Origin: Callorhinchus milii
Lineage: Eukaryota
Direction: 5' to 3'
Assembly: GCF_018977255.1 (NCBI RefSeq)
Contig: NW_024704742.1
Span: forward strand, 35,714,001-35,778,000
DNA length: 64,000 bases
The first letter of the stretch is position 1, and each line of letters begins with the position of its first letter. Below the pieces are notes generated by a model. That model worked only from the letters and a program-made list of their open reading frames with translations, did no database searches and had not been told where the DNA came from. The position numbers were made by a program, and so were the translations under genes. Positions 12,191 to 26,939 of this stretch are shown here, piece after piece.

Positions 12191-13659
12191 AACGAGTATT
12201 CAATTAACTCTCAACTCTCAAACTCAATTTCACTGGGTGGGGGTCCTGGTGTGGAGAAATATTCAGGTCATAAACTGACTTTTTGGCAGATCCAACTCAG
12301 AAGACAACAGTTTAACAAACGATATAGTTAGAACCCGCTCTATGGGCTACAATTTACAGCAAGAATGAAATGTGTTTAAAAAAAAACTTGGACAAAGTGC
12401 TGCAATCTTGTGACTGTTTAACGTTTCTTACCTTGTGTAATGGGAATCTTGCAATGTTTAGTTTCTTACTAAGTTCTGTTATAAAATATGAATCATTACA
12501 CATGGTTACAATGAGAGATTAATCACGAGAACTTTAGACCTCAGGTGCTGAACAGTCATAGCGTATGTTATAAACTCAAACTGAAGAATCAAACCCAATC
12601 AAATGCTAAATTCAGATGGTTGCCACACATTCAAGTATAACTTTTCATTTTCAAAAAGTTATTAATAATGGCAAAGTACTGACAGTAAAACTTTAATCTG
12701 GATAAAGGTACTAGAAACATTATTGCTAGAGCGGATAAGATGAACATATGGTTTTCCAATGTATGTGGTGAGAGTAGAGAACTGGAACCAGGAAAATGTG
12801 GAAGAGATCTGAGATTGAAGAAAGTTCAGAGACTTATCTGTGGGAGACTGGAAGCACTGTTAGGCAAAATAGAGCAGGGGAAGAAATTGGAAGTAGGGAA
12901 TTAAGAACTCATGTTTAAATAGTGAAGTAAATAGTTTTAAAACATACAAATAGTCCTTAAGAGACAATAAATCATAAAAGTAAACATTAAAAAACTGTAT
13001 TGTTAATGTTACCAGTGCATTGATTTGCAGAATGTTGCAGCACTACACTACAATAAAATCTTGTGAAGTGCTTCGAGATGTCTCAAAGGCCATGATAAGG
13101 CACTATGTCCAATGCAAAGATTATTATTAATTTTAATTAATGCCTTCATATTGTGAAATGCTGAAGCTTCTATTTCACTTGCTTAATTAAGCAAAAACGA
13201 AATCTTTCCTGAAAGTGATTTCATAACATATTGCTGTGGGCGGGGATGAAATGGGGAGAGGAAATTAAGCTCCTTTGCCACAAAGTAGAAGAATATGGGT
13301 TTACTCCTGTAATTCCTCACATGGCAAGTTACTGATCTTGACTGTTGCATTGAAACCATTTGTTAAACATATACATGGAGGCGAGACTACTTACTACTCT
13401 TAGTCTCTGTTATCACTTATAGTTCATATGAATGGAAATGGTAACTGAGTTACATTTATGATGTGAAAGGAAAATCACATGAAGCATAACAATAAATTTA
13501 AAGAGTGAATCCAGTGGGGAAGTTAGCACCAACAGAGACATGATGGGCTGAATGGCCTTCTATGCTGAAAACATTTTTGGTCAAATGATATCAGCCCTTG
13601 AGATCTCTTCTATTGGTTTAATAATCATATTTATTGTAATTGTATAAAAGTGTCTACAT

Positions 13660-14150
13660 TGCCAAAACGTTTAAAAGTATTTCACAGGGAATTGATGTCC
13701 AGTGAAGTGACTGTATATTCAGAGGCAAACTAGCATCTTATTTTTGTCCACAGCCAAGTCCACAATGAAATGCCATGAAGTGAATGATCACTTTATGTGG
13801 AGAAACTTCCTTTTTTTTAATAATCTCATGGGATCTTTTCAGGATCTCACTTTTATCTAAAGGACACCACCTTTGACAATGAAGTGCATCCTGAGTACTG
13901 CACTGATTTGTGTGTTCATGTGCCAGTGTAGGGCTTGAACCCATAACCTTTTGACCCAACAATAATAATAATCCTTACATTTCATATAGCGCCTTATCAT
14001 GTTTTCAAGATGTCTCAAAGTGCTTCACAGAATATACTATAAAGTAAATTGACTATATATTTTGTGGTGAAACTCGGCAGCCAATTGCGTACAGCAGTGT
14101 CCCTCAAATAGTCGTGGATTGAGTGATCAAATTATTATTATTTTATTGAG
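13660..14150 (-). mobile_element. Adjacent SacSINE1-like SINE and tRNA/Deu SINE tail
   Basis: cttgaacccataacctt B-box region; aataataataatccttacatttcatatagcgcc tail; gcagccaattgcgtacagcagtgtccc core. Confidence 0.7.
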
Positions 14151-14253
14151 ATGTGTGTAGAAGATAGCTTCATCAAACAATAAGGACTACTGCATAGTGT
14201 GTTTTACTTGCTTTACCATAACATCTTTAGAAACTAACAGAAGAATTTAATTG

Positions 14254-14390
14254 ATGTGTCAGCCTGGCTCAGTTGGTAGCATTCTTACCTCTGAGTCAGA
14301 AGGTTGTGGGTTCAAGCTCCATGTTGGGACATGGAACTCATATACTCTAAGCTGATACTCCAGTGCAGTGCTGGGGTTGTGCTCAAAGTA
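14254..14390 (+). mobile_element. SacSINE1-like SINE head
   Basis: tgtcagcctggctcagttggtagcattcttacctctgagtcagaaggttgtgggttcaagctcc with A and B boxes. Confidence 0.75.
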
Positions 14391-16799
14391 AAATCTGCTG
14401 AAAACCGACATTATTTTCAAAAAACTAACTGTTGTTTGAACATCCGATATTCTGCATTGCCCATGGCCAACTCAGAATTATTAAATAGAACTGTGAAGGC
14501 GGTGTCTGATCCAGGCCTCTAAAGTATTGCCACCTCCGAGATGCAAACAAAATGTCCACTGGCCTACCCCCACCAACAAAAAGGGTTCATGTTCTCTCCC
14601 AGTCTCCTTGTGTTGCATGTTGTAGCCTTGCCCCACCCCCATATTTTCACCTCGCCTGCCCTCCCTCCAGGTTAAAAACAAACAACCCTATTTGTTTGTG
14701 TGTTTTGGCTTTTGCTGTGGACCTGAGCTGCCCACCTCTCTATGTTCCATTTTATTTTTCACGATTTATACTGTCTTATTTTTCTTTTCTTCTTCACCTC
14801 TTTCTTTTTCTTCAATTTTCAAGCTGTCCCTTGTTAGTTTGAATGTACCAAAGTAATCCCCCGAAATTCCAAATTATTTGACCCATTGTTGTTTGTGGGA
14901 TGTAGTCGATGCATATTGCCTGTCATATTTAGCCGCGTTAGAACTTTTTTTTTCAAATATGTTTCTTTTTTATTTCCATATCATCACTTTATTTTATTAG
15001 TTTAGATTCCATCTGCCTTATGATTCAGGTAGACATAAAGGTAATCTATAACAATAATGCCCATCACTATTTTATGAAAATGTGGAATCTTTTGCATGGT
15101 TTTAATTAACTACCAGCATTGCATTAGAGTGTTAGACTAGACTATGTAAGTTCAAGTTCCCAATATAGGGCTTGAACTCACAACCTTTTTTCTCAGAGGT
15201 GAGAGTGCTACCAATGGAGCCAGGTTGACACCTAAAAGCACGACATAATGTTGTTTCTCATTATAATAACCAAAGTAGCAGTCTAATGTAGAATGTTGAC
15301 CAGTATAATGGAGCATGATTTATATATTTTTTTCACCAACAATAGCTAACCTTCGTTACTCTTGCATTTTCTAGTATATGTGTTTTGGGCACAGAGTTGC
15401 TTCTTCAGCTTTTGTTTTAAACCGAACCATATAGCTGACGTTTTTCATTTGCTGTTGATGTAATTTGTTCATAAGGCATAAATATTGGGCGGTTTCATAT
15501 CAACAGATCCAATATGAGATCCATAATATACTGATTCATTTCTTTAAATATAAAACATATACATAAAATGTATACCTCTGCAACACACATTTAAGATTTT
15601 TTTTATGCCTTTTCCTATGATTGATAGAAAATCAACTTTATCATGTAGAACTACATATTTGAACCGCTGAATACAACATATAGCTGTTGAGCTCTGAATT
15701 CTCACTGCACATAATTCTTGCCAAAAATGTTGTCTTGAGAACCACCCAAGCTGATTAACCTTCAAAGTGTGGAAGTGATGTTTCTAGATCTGACAACTCA
15801 GGATTACAGAACAGCATTTTGAAGTCTACTGACACAGTACCATTAGAAGAGAACACTACAGTGAAGTTTTAAATTGCATTATTTAAAAACAAACTTCTGA
15901 AACTTTGGATTTTTACTGGAATGTTTTGCGTAAACAGATATTCACACTTTGGCTGAATTAGCATGCTGAGAATATTTGACATTGGTATTTTCACATGGTG
16001 ACATACAAGTATCAGGACGAATGCCCAACAGATGGTCTGTCAGGAAGTAGTGAAAAGGATAGCTAGGTATTATCACCATTACAATAATATTATTGCAACT
16101 TCTCTTCAGATTGATTCCCATTGGTTTTGATGTGGAAATAAAGTTGGCAACAATTTTCCCCAAATTATCAACTCAAGCTGCCCATCCATTCACCATTTAT
16201 AACTGAACATTCTTTTATTTCAATGTCTCATTGTAGGAACAAACCTTTTGTGCCTACTCATGTAACACCAAAAAGCTCAAAGAATAAATTATATATTATC
16301 AATACCAGTTGCACATGTGAAACAAAGAATACACACATCTTGGAAATAATATATAAAACTTGCAGATGCATTTTCAGAAATAACCCATCTTATGAGTGAT
16401 TTGCACAAGTCTAAGTAAGTCCGTGTTCAATTGGTATTGTGTTTTAAATTTTTTCTTGGTTGAATATGTTTTGATTCATAGCGTCATAATGTCCGAAACC
16501 AACTTGTCTCCAGTTGGATGCTCCTACTCAGCTTTCCTCAACTTTCGTGAAGTATCATTAATGTTGATAAGCATCAGGCAGAAGGAGTAGAATTAATCTG
16601 ATTATTTCAGATAGTGCTCTGCCAAATTTTGTTTTCTCTTTCCGATATTTGCTTCCTGTCAGTCTAGACTCCTTGATGACTACCCAAGGGAAGATATGTC
16701 ATTTCAAGCAAATAAATAGTTTATCTATTTGAATTTGAGATGTGTTTTGATGCCCTGGGTTTCAAAAGAATCAGATCAGCAGCATTGGGTTATCTATGT

Positions 16800-17100
16800 C
16801 AACAACAACTTGCATTTATATAGAGCCCATCACCTAGGGTAGTGTCCTGGAGCGCTTAACAGAGGTGGTGTTTAACGCCAAGAGTTCGATAGTTTCGGGG
16901 CACGGTGGCTGAATGCATGGCCAACAATGGTGGAGTAAAGGGGATGAGGGATATACAGGAAGTGGAGCCATCTGAGAAAAGGAGGAAGGTAGAGGAGTGG
17001 GGTGTAAGCAGGTCGGAGAGGTAGGCAGGTGCCAGAGAGTGAAGTGATTTGTGTGTGAGCATGAGGATCTTGGAATCGATCCATTCTGATCGATCCACTA
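16800..17100 (-). mobile_element. L2 3' fragment
   Basis: (caa)n tail; IDSKILMLTHKSLHSLAPAYLSDLL. Confidence 0.85.
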
Positions 17101-17372
17101 AGCATTATAAAACAGCAAGTGGATTAAGGAATGGTTTGCAATATTTGTCTCACCATCCAAAATATAATCCAGTAGATTTATTGTCAAAATTATATTTAAA
17201 TCAAGGAAGCTAAGTGAAAGGGCAACGTCCTGGACACCAACATATAATGTAATAGACTTGGTTTGACACAGTGTCTTATCATGTTGTTGAAACATCTCAA
17301 AGTACTTCACGGGATATATTATAATGTGTAGTGACTGTTTATTTGTAGTTAAACAAGGTGGCCAATTTGTGA

Positions 17373-18172
17373 ACAACAACAACAAAATTACATTTATATA
17401 GGGCCTTTCACGTCGGGAGGAAGTCCCAAGGCGCTGGACAGACAGATTTACGGACCCGAGCTGAGGGTCAGGGTGGGGGAGCTCAGGGAGGGGGGAAGCA
17501 GGGAGATCGAAACCACGGTCAAAGAGGAGGGACTTGAGGTGGGTCTTGAAGGTGGCGAGGGAGGGGGCGAGATTGAGGGACAGGAGTTCCAGAGGGTGGC
17601 GCAGAGTGGCGGAGGGCCCGGCCGCCGATAGTGGGGCGAGCGAGGCGGGAGACGTGAAGCAGGTTTGAGCCCGCTGAGCGGTGGGATCAAACAGGATAGT
17701 AGGCAGTTAGGAGGTCGGAGATGTAGGTGGGAGCAAGACCATGGAGGTCTTTGAAGATGAGGACCAGGATCTTGAGCTGTATCCTCTGTGTGATGGGAAG
17801 CCAGTGGAGTCAGGCGAGGATGGAAGTGATAAGGTCACGGAGTTTGGTGCGGGCGAGGGCACGGGCTGCAGAGTTCTGGATGATCTGCAGCCTGTGGAGG
17901 GAAGAGTTGGGAAGACCGACAAGCAATGAGTTTGCATAGTCGAGCCTCGATGTAATGAAGGCGTGTTTGAGGGTTTCGGTGGCCTGCGGTGTGAGACAGT
18001 GTCGGAGCCGGGCGACGTGGGGGAAGGCAGAGCGGGTCACGGCGTGAATGTGGGGTAGAAAGGATAGTTGAGGGTTGAACAAGACCCCAAAGTTCCGGAC
18101 TGGCTTAGGTTGCGTGTACAACCATGGATGGTGATGCTGTCAGCGCCTGAGGTGAGGAGGCGCTGACGAGAA
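17373..18172 (-). mobile_element. L2 3' fragment, relatively young (CpG-rich)
   Basis: HAFITSRLDYANSLLVGLPNSSLHRLQIIQNSAARAL; (caa)n tail. Confidence 0.93.
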
Positions 18173-18224
18173 CATCGATTTTCTATAAATAGCAATGAAA
18201 TGGTGACAATTTGAACAGTGTTAT

Positions 18225-18413
18225 AGGATCTTCAGTGCTCACCTGAACAGGTAGAAGGGATCTTGGTTTAACGTTTCATCCGAAGCACAATACCTCTGAC
18301 AATACAGCATTCCCCCAACACTGTATTGGAGTGTCAGCCTAGACTGTGTGTTCAAAGGTCTGACGTGGTTTGGCCTTCTGGCGAGAGCGCTACCAACTGA
18401 ACCATGCTGATAC
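18225..18413 (-). mobile_element. SacSINE1-like SINE
   Basis: gagagcgctaccaactgaaccatgctgatacc (reverse of head); ggagtgtcagcctaga. Confidence 0.7.
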
Positions 18414-20769
18414 CTGAATTAAACATAATAGAGGAAAAGAAGAAATGATTCAAGAAGTTATGGTTACAGACGAATAAAAATATGAGTTTGTCAACATTTA
18501 TAGGTTATTTGTATTGTGTAATCTTGTTGAAATGCCATAGTCCACTAAGCATTACAAAACAGAATACACAACCAAATTGGAAACAATAAGCATGAAGATG
18601 AAAAAAATCAATAAGTAATGGTTAGAAAATAATATTAGTATTAAAAATGAGTTCATCAACATTGGGCCTGAGCTTCAAGCTCAATGGCTCTTTTATGTCT
18701 CATCAGAATCTTCTGACCAGTCGCAAAGCACTGAAACACTTATATACAAAAAACTTTTCTGAAATGCAGCTGAATGATATTCACGAATGTTCAATTATCT
18801 TCAGAATAAAGGGTGGAGATGTTGTTATAAAGTTAAAATTATAACTGAACTGTTTTGGTTCATGAAGATATGATAGTCAACATTTGCATGTAGATCCATA
18901 CTTAAATTAAAAGAAGTTTAAATACAAGAATAGTGCTTCTTTGCACCTTCAGTACTATTCAGTGATTTCATGCTGATCCTCTGGAAACTTGAGAAGAGAA
19001 TAAAACTGTTTTGCAGGTTATTTGCAGTAGGGTTTACATCCTATTTGTACTTGTGCAATCTTTATTCAATCAGTACTCCTTTATCATAATCAGACCTTTC
19101 CTGTACACCACACATTTCTTCCTCTGTAATTTGGGTTGGTTTTCCTGTGAATTTCCGTTTCTACATATAAATCAGGACACATACAAAAAAAAGTGGAAAC
19201 ATTGAAACTTTCCATACTTTTCTTCATATCCTTTACTTATGTCTCCAGAAACAAATATTGAGTTAAAGTTCTAAAATTATACATTTATACTATAAATAAG
19301 GGGAAAATGCCATTCATTTTATGCTGATGCACATACAATTAACCTTTGCACAAAATCCATCAATTTCACTTTGCTTTGGTCCCTCCATTGTAACTGGTTA
19401 ATTGGACACCTTCACTATTACTCTTTGTGAAAATTACTCTCAAATTACTGTTTGCAAAAATTGTTACAAAGCTGGGACTACAAAATGTTATTTTCCAGAT
19501 TAATTTACAGTAATGAAATTTCTCGTTTGTAAGTGGCATGCTTAAGTGGAACCTATAAGTTTGTATACTCTTACTATTAATAATAGTAATAATAATCCTT
19601 GCATTTGATATAGTGCCTTATCACGCCTTCTAAGAGTCTCAAAGTGCTTCACAGAATATACTATTCTAATTTTGTGAGCAAAATGCAGTAGCTAATTGCG
19701 CACAGTAATCCTCGCATTTGGCATAGCACCTTGTCACCATGCCTTATCTTGAGCATGGTGCTGGGTTTCCACATATTTGGATATGCATGTCCTTGTTTTT
19801 GATCCTTGCTGACCATTTTATGCCTCAAAAATCAAATGATTTTGATTGTGGCTCACTTCTGTATTTTTGTAGCTTAAACTAAATGTTTGGATTGGTTTGG
19901 ATCAATACATGTTGCTTAATTTAAAATAATTTTTACATTCACTGCCTTCTGCTTAAAACAGCATTAATGTTTGTTTGGTGTGCCCCAGAATTGTTACATG
20001 CCCAGGGGAAAAATAAAATGAGTGCAAATAAAATGGCTGTTTTTTTAAGTCTCGCCCTCAACACAGATCAAAATATAAAGCATTCTGAAAGAATTTTCAT
20101 TGTACTCTATCAGTGTGCGTTTTAAAAAACAAAAGCTTTGAATTCATTTCAAGTTGGCAGTTAGGTTAGTACTTTGTTAATGCTTGTGATCTAGTTATGT
20201 GCAGAAGATAGCCAACACTGTCATATTGGGTTTGTGGGTTTGAGACCTTATTTATAGCTCCCAAATACTGAAGTGTGAGAATGATATAATCCAGATGGGG
20301 CGCACAATACCTTAGGCCATAGTAAAATTAAGAATTCTTGGATTTTATTCAGTACTCTTTGGTATATTGGAATTCTTGTTACGTAGCTTGTTAACACTTT
20401 TCTCAGAGTGACAATTTTCTTTCAATATATTTCTTTGTGTGTACCAAATAAAGTGTACTCCCTATATATCACTTTTACAACACAGTACTGTAAATTTCTA
20501 CGTTTCACCGCTAAAATAAAATTTGTTGTATCAAAAGAAATTTATATTGGAAATTGGCTCAGTGAGCTCATATTGGCTAGTGTATTGTGCTAGGGTTGCC
20601 AGTCTGGAATCAAATAGATGAAAGAACAAAGATGCTAACAATCATCCATGAGTGGATTTGGATCAAGGAAATGGCAGTACAGAACAAAAGGTCAGTACTA
20701 GATAATAGATGCATCATGTAGATCATGTTTGATTGTTGTTACAATGGGAACGTAGTTGAAAATGTGGAC

Positions 20770-20945
20770 CTCTAATTAGAGCAGTTGCATCACAAGCGAG
20801 AAACCTGGGTTTGATTCCCAGCAGGGCGAAACATTGGGCAAATTTCCTTACTCCACACCCCTCTGTTTACCTAGCAGTAAATAGAAGCGCGGTTGTTAGT
20901 TGATTTGCGGATCACTTTTTCAGGGGTAATAAATTCTTCAAAAAA
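20770..20945 (+). mobile_element. tRNA-derived SINE, 5' half
   Basis: gggtttgattcccagcagggcgaaacattgggcaaatttccttactccacac, shared with 51398-51765. Confidence 0.8.
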
Positions 20946-20959
20946 TTTGAAGGATTTGA

Positions 20960-22857
20960 AGCCTCCTATTCCCGATCCTCACCCTGGTTCACCAGCCACC
21001 TCCGCTCGCTCAAGGGCCAGGAGTGGGCTGCCGAACGTACTTGGCTCAAATCCGGCCTAATGGCTTAGGCTCCTGTTCTCCACCACCAACCGGCTTCTCC
21101 ATCCTCCCCGCCACCCTTCGCCGATTCTTTCCTCCAACTCCCACTGCGAGGAAGTGCTAGACTTCCTCGAGTCCAAAATCGAGAGAATCCGTTCAGCTGC
21201 CACTGCCCTCCCAACTTCCACCCCCACCCTACCCCCACCCCCACACTCCGACCACTACCCGTCCCTCCTTCCACACCTTTGAACCTGTCACCCCCTCCTC
21301 TGTCATCAACACCATATTCTCCATTAAGCTTACCACCTGCTCCCTGGACCCCATCCCCACACCTCTCCTTAAATCCCAGCTCCACCTCCTTGCCCCACTA
21401 CTCGCTGACATCATCAACCTCTCCCTATCATCTGGCACTGTTCCTACCCTCCTCAAGACAGTCACTATCACCCCCATCTTGAAGAAACCTTCCCTTGACC
21501 CATTACACCTATCCAGCTACCGGCCCATCTCCCACCTCCCTTTTCTGTCTAAGGTCCTTGAGACAGCTGTTGCCTTCCAGCTTCGCTCTTTCCTCTCCCC
21601 CCACTCCCTCATGATCCTCTCCAATCAGGTCTGGTCAAGGTCACAAATGACATTCTGACCATGTGTGACCAGGGCTCCCTCTGCCTCCTCGTCCTCCTCG
21701 ACCTCTCCACCGCCTTTGATACTGTGGACCACTCAATCCTCCTCCACCGCCTCACCTCCCACCTCAATCTTCAAGGTTCTGTCCTTGACTGGTTCAGGTC
21801 CTACCTTTCACACCGCCTCCTCTTCGTCTCTGCAAACGGCTTCTCCTCCAGCCCCCGCACTGTCTCGTGCGGTGTTCCTCAGGGCTCTGTCCTCGGTACC
21901 CTCCTCTTCACCCTTTACATGCTCCCCTTTGGTGACATCATTCGCAGACATGGGGTAAATTTTCCACATGTATGTGGATGACACCCAACTATCTCTCTGC
22001 CTCCAACCTGAACTCCAAGACTACTGACATTTTGACCGACTGCCTGTCTGACATCTAGTCCTGGACGAGGGCCAACTTTCTCCAACTGAACGTTAGCAAA
22101 ACCGAGGCCCTCCTGATTGGCTCGTGCCAGCTCCTCCGCACCTTGGGCGCTGGCAGCAGCAACCTCCACGGCTGCACACTCAACCTCACTAAGCCAGTCA
22201 GGAACCTGGGTGTCTTGTTTGGCCCTGAACTGTTCTTTTTCCCCCACATCCGCGCCATGACCGGCACTGCCTACCACCACCTCCGCAACATTGCCAGACT
22301 CCGCATTGCCTCACCCCTCAGGCTGCCGAAACCCTCACCCACGCATTCGTCACATCAAGGCTCGATTATGGAAATTCCCTCCTCATCGGCTTTCCCAACT
22401 CTTCCCTTCACAAGCTGCAGATCATCCAAAACTCTGCAGCTTGTGTACTCTCGCACACCAGGCTCCGTGACCCCATCACTTCCACCCTCGCCCGACTCCA
22501 CTGGCTCCGCATCCCCCAGAGGATCAAATTCAAGATCCTCATCCTGACTTTCAAGGCCATCCATGGGCTTGCCTCCTCCTACCTCTCTGACCCGCCCTAC
22601 CATCGGTGGCCGGGCTTTCAGCCTCTCTGCCCCCCACTCTGGAACTCCATCCCACAGTCCCTTTAGCTCACTTCCTCCCTTGACTCCTTCAAGGCCGGTC
22701 TAAAGACCCTCCTCTTCGATGGTGCCTTCGGTCGCCTTCCCACCTCTCTGCCTTCCCTCACCCCTCTCCCATGCTCGGGTCCTTACCCCTGACTGTCCAG
22801 CGCCTCGGGACGTCCTCCCGACATGAAAGGCGCTCTATAAATATAATTTTGTTGTTG
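20960..22857 (+). mobile_element. L2 LINE, ~1.9 kb RT to 3' end, frameshifted
   Basis: LVLLDLSTAFDTVDHSILL, GVPQGSVLGTLLF, YVDD; tail cagcgcctcgggacgtcctcccgacatgaaaggcgct...(ttg)n. Confidence 0.95.
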
Positions 22858-25800
22858 TATGTTTGGATGATAGGTTTCTCATTGCTGCACATGGATGGGT
22901 CTTGCACTTTTGTCCGCTTCTTGGCCATTAGTAAGCACTGTGCAGCACAATTATAATGTGTTTCTTTACAGCATGAATTCATTTATAAATGCAGTTGCAG
23001 TGTGCACGTGTAGTCATTTGAGAAGAGACTTGTTGATCCGGAACTTGGACATTTTAGCTTCCCACACTAAATAAAATGTCTGACTTCCGGCTGCACATAG
23101 GAGTTGATACCAGCAGTGACCTTATTACCAGAAAGTCGGTCATTTTTCTTAGTGCAGCAACCAATTGGAGCAGTGAGCAAGCTGGCTGCTGCGCACTCGT
23201 GTAGTTAAAGACGGTTATCAAACCACATTCCAATAAGGCTCCATTGTACTATTTTTGCATCCTAATACTATGCTTTTGAACTGCATTATTTTTGCTGTAA
23301 CAAAGTAGCGTTGTACCTTGGAACATGGATAGCCCACCAAGACTTGTGACAATTGTAGTAGAGAGTTCTCGTGATCTTAGCCTTAAGAACGTTTTCTTAC
23401 AAATCTTAAAAGACTGTCTGAAATGTTGTTAAATCTTTAAATGCAGTCTTAGTTTGTAATCCAATCTGCTTTAAAATAACAGCAAACAGAACTTATGAAT
23501 TCAGGTTGAATTTAAGGATTTTTTAAAATTCTGCGTATCTTTAATTTTACAACATGTCTTATTGCTAAGATCATGAGAAATTCAATTCACTTTACAATAT
23601 ATTCTGTGAAGCACTTTGAGATGTTGTGATAACATGATAAGGCACTATATCAAATGCAAGGATTATTATTAATATATTCTAAATTTGAGCCTCGCAACCA
23701 TTGCTGTTGATTGAAAATAAGGAAACTCAGCATTGATGGGCGAACTCAAACATGGTTTGCGTCACACATTATAAGTAGCACTTGTTTTAGAAAGCTAAAA
23801 GACAGACAGAATTGAGATGAGGAGGATGCAAAAGTCCAGAGAAGAAAATCCGAGAAGCAGAAAAGGGTTTTAAAATACAGAAGTGAGTGGAAAGGCACAG
23901 GGAATGCCAGCAGCAAGGAGAAGCTGAGAACAGTAAAAACAAGTGGTAAGTTATATAAACGTGTAATGTTACAATATTAGAGGAATCTTGTTTTCGTACT
24001 GAATACACATTTATGAGAACAGAGTAGACATTTACAAATTGCTGTGGCATTTGTAAATGTTGCACTGAAATAGATAATTGTTCTCCTGGTTCCAAGTTTT
24101 TATATTTGCTATTTTTATACATCAGGTTATAGTTTGAAAGCAAAATGAAGGTTCACTTATGACATTTTAATCTTTTAAGTATTTGTAATTTTCCTATTTG
24201 CAGAAGAGGAAATTGTCTAGCAGTCAAATAAATAATAGTGAGATCATAATCCTTGCATTTGATACAGTGCCTTTCACGTTGGAAGGATGCACAGAGATTC
24301 ACTGTCAAGTGTACTGATTGTGTACTTTCTAGGTGAATGTGGCAGCCAATTTGCACACAGCAATATCCCACCAACAGCTATAAAGTGAATGACCAATTTT
24401 AACTGTGGGATTATTGGTCAGGACAAACACAAAAAAAACTATTTTCTCTTTTTGCTACCAACTGTGCCAGGGTAATCCAGGAGCAGTTTAATGTATATGG
24501 AATTTAATTCAATTTGCACATGCAAATATGGGGAAAAAAATATTTGTATTAATGCGTGATGCCTTTGCAAACATTAATATGCCATACATAACAATAGCAT
24601 CAGATGTTAAAAAGAATAACTTAAATTGCATTTCCTTTAATTCATCAGTTTTTAATGCCTAGTTCAAGTTTGTTTTACAACACTGATAGATTATGAATGT
24701 GGCTAATCTGAATAGCATGACCTAGGTTAATTGGATCCGCCCTCAGTAATTGGCACAGTTGGTATAAAACATTTACTGCTGCGTTAAACTTAAATTTGCA
24801 AATTGGCATCAATTATTATTATTATTGTTAATACTGACCAAAACAACCTTGCCATTCTGTGTGGTGGTAAAGAGTATTCAATTACTGACAGTATCAATGT
24901 AGGCCATTCAATGTCCCGGTGGTCCGAGGAGAATTTTGCTCTGGCTGCTGGGATTGAAAGTTCAATGTTAGCTTTGACCAGACAAATGTTATGGCTTCTA
25001 AGGAGAAAAAAAATAAATCCAAACTTTCATAGATGATAAGTTTAAATCCTCAACTAAATATCACTCTGTATTTACTCGGATAATGTCTGCAAAGCTTGCA
25101 GCATCTGCAAACTTGTAAATGTTTTTGTGGGTCAAAAAACATGAACTGTTGTAAATGTTTGGTTACCTGATGCTCTAAAAATGTATCCACTTGATTTCAA
25201 TCTGTAAATCCGCATAATATTAGTCGTAAACTGCCTTGCTGCACTGCTGTAAAAAATTAGGAAACTGAGAACTCAAATAATGAGATTTATGACAAAGGCT
25301 AAACTTGTATAATAAAACTCCTGACAGCAGGACACTATAGCTTACATTGGAAAATTGCCATAGCACTTTCGTTAGGTCTTTGGCTCGTTTGTTCCTTTCC
25401 CAGAACAATGTCAAATTTTTAGTATTCCAAATTTCAAAATGATGTATGAGCTGTTATGTATCCTTTCCTTTTCATTTGAGAGTGGGAAACACATGTAGAA
25501 GGGTATGCAATAAACAAGCATTTAATTTTCAATTACTCACATAGAAAACAAAAACGATAAAAGGCGAATGAAGTAAAACAGGCTGCAATACTATGCAGTG
25601 AATGCACTCTGATACTCGACCCACGTGAAGGGCGCTATATAAATGCGTTGAATATATCATGGAGACAACCCAAGTAAAACATGTCAGGCACCCAGGAATT
25701 AAATGAATAGTTCAGTTGGTTGAGGACCAGACTTGGTACTAGAAAGTTCTGGGTTCAGATCCCAGTGTGTCTTATCAACCATTCATATTTTTGAGGATGA

Positions 25801-26939
25801 AAATTGATTACCATACATATCCTCCTCAAGGATCTTGTTCAGACAGAATGTCAATGAGATTTGGAGAAGTAGACGTATTCTCAACCCTGCAAAGGTTTTA
25901 CAAATACGGTGGTCCTAACTGAACACGTACTGTGCTGTGTGATTACTATGAAGTAAAATATGCAATGAATGTACTCTAGAAATATACTGAATACTACACA
26001 GACAACGGTCTTAAAAGATTGAAGTAACATTTTTATTTTCCCACAAACTGAGGTCCCACATAGCGATTCGGTCCCATCTATGAATATCACAGAAAAAACA
26101 TAGTTGTACGTAAGAACATAAAACATTGAAAAAGAAAATACCACTTTGCACGTGAAAGCTGATTTTCTACATTCCATGTGCTAACTGCCTTATCAAGTTT
26201 ATTTAATCTCCTGAAGGAAAGAAAAATGTCTGACTTGAAAAAGATTTAAGCAAATTTTCAGAAGGAATATTTCTGTCATTTTACATTCAATATACAAACT
26301 TATCAGGTGATTTCCAGAGCAGGCATGCCTATGGTCCCAGTGTTACAGTAACCATTTTCAAAAGAATCTATGAGCAACCCTATCTGTGGTTCTTCCTAAA
26401 AGATGAAATCCCTTTTCTCACCACATAGTTATGCAGATTTTTGACAAATGCAGCATCAGTACAGTATTATTTTTAATAGTAATATCCGCTCATATATCAA
26501 TTGCTTTCTTTGGGAAGTGTTTCAAGGCTTGTTAAACATTTATTAAAGAGCTCTTGTGTTCTTCAGTTCTGCGTTCACAGTTCAAGTTAACTAATAACTT
26601 GTTTAGATTTCACAAATTGGGTGTTGGTTTCTTATGTCATCAATAGTCTACAGCAGGCAGACTCCCAGAGTGATTCATTTAAAAAATCGACAAATATTTT
26701 TATGTTTTCTTATTTTCTCTGTTTTTTTTCCTTTGAAGTCTCCACATACCACACCCTAAGTGTGAATTACACTGGCATTTGAACAATTACACCCAGACTG
26801 TCTTTATGCTGTTTCATTAGCAGCTGGAAAGAATACAAGTGACCTTGCTGATCATGAGAGAGGTTTGGATGAAGAAGTCCCATTGGCTCATTTGATTTCA
26901 TCATTCCTGAATAGAGTTAATGTCCTCCCACCAAAGCAT

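Noticed and set aside
15550..16160. Possible ancient Crack-like LINE C-terminus on the minus strand
   Set aside because: Too degenerate to support without an HMM search.
16396..16590. Possible exon around cgtcataatgtccgaaacc
   Set aside because: Weak splice sites and no recognisable peptide in any frame.
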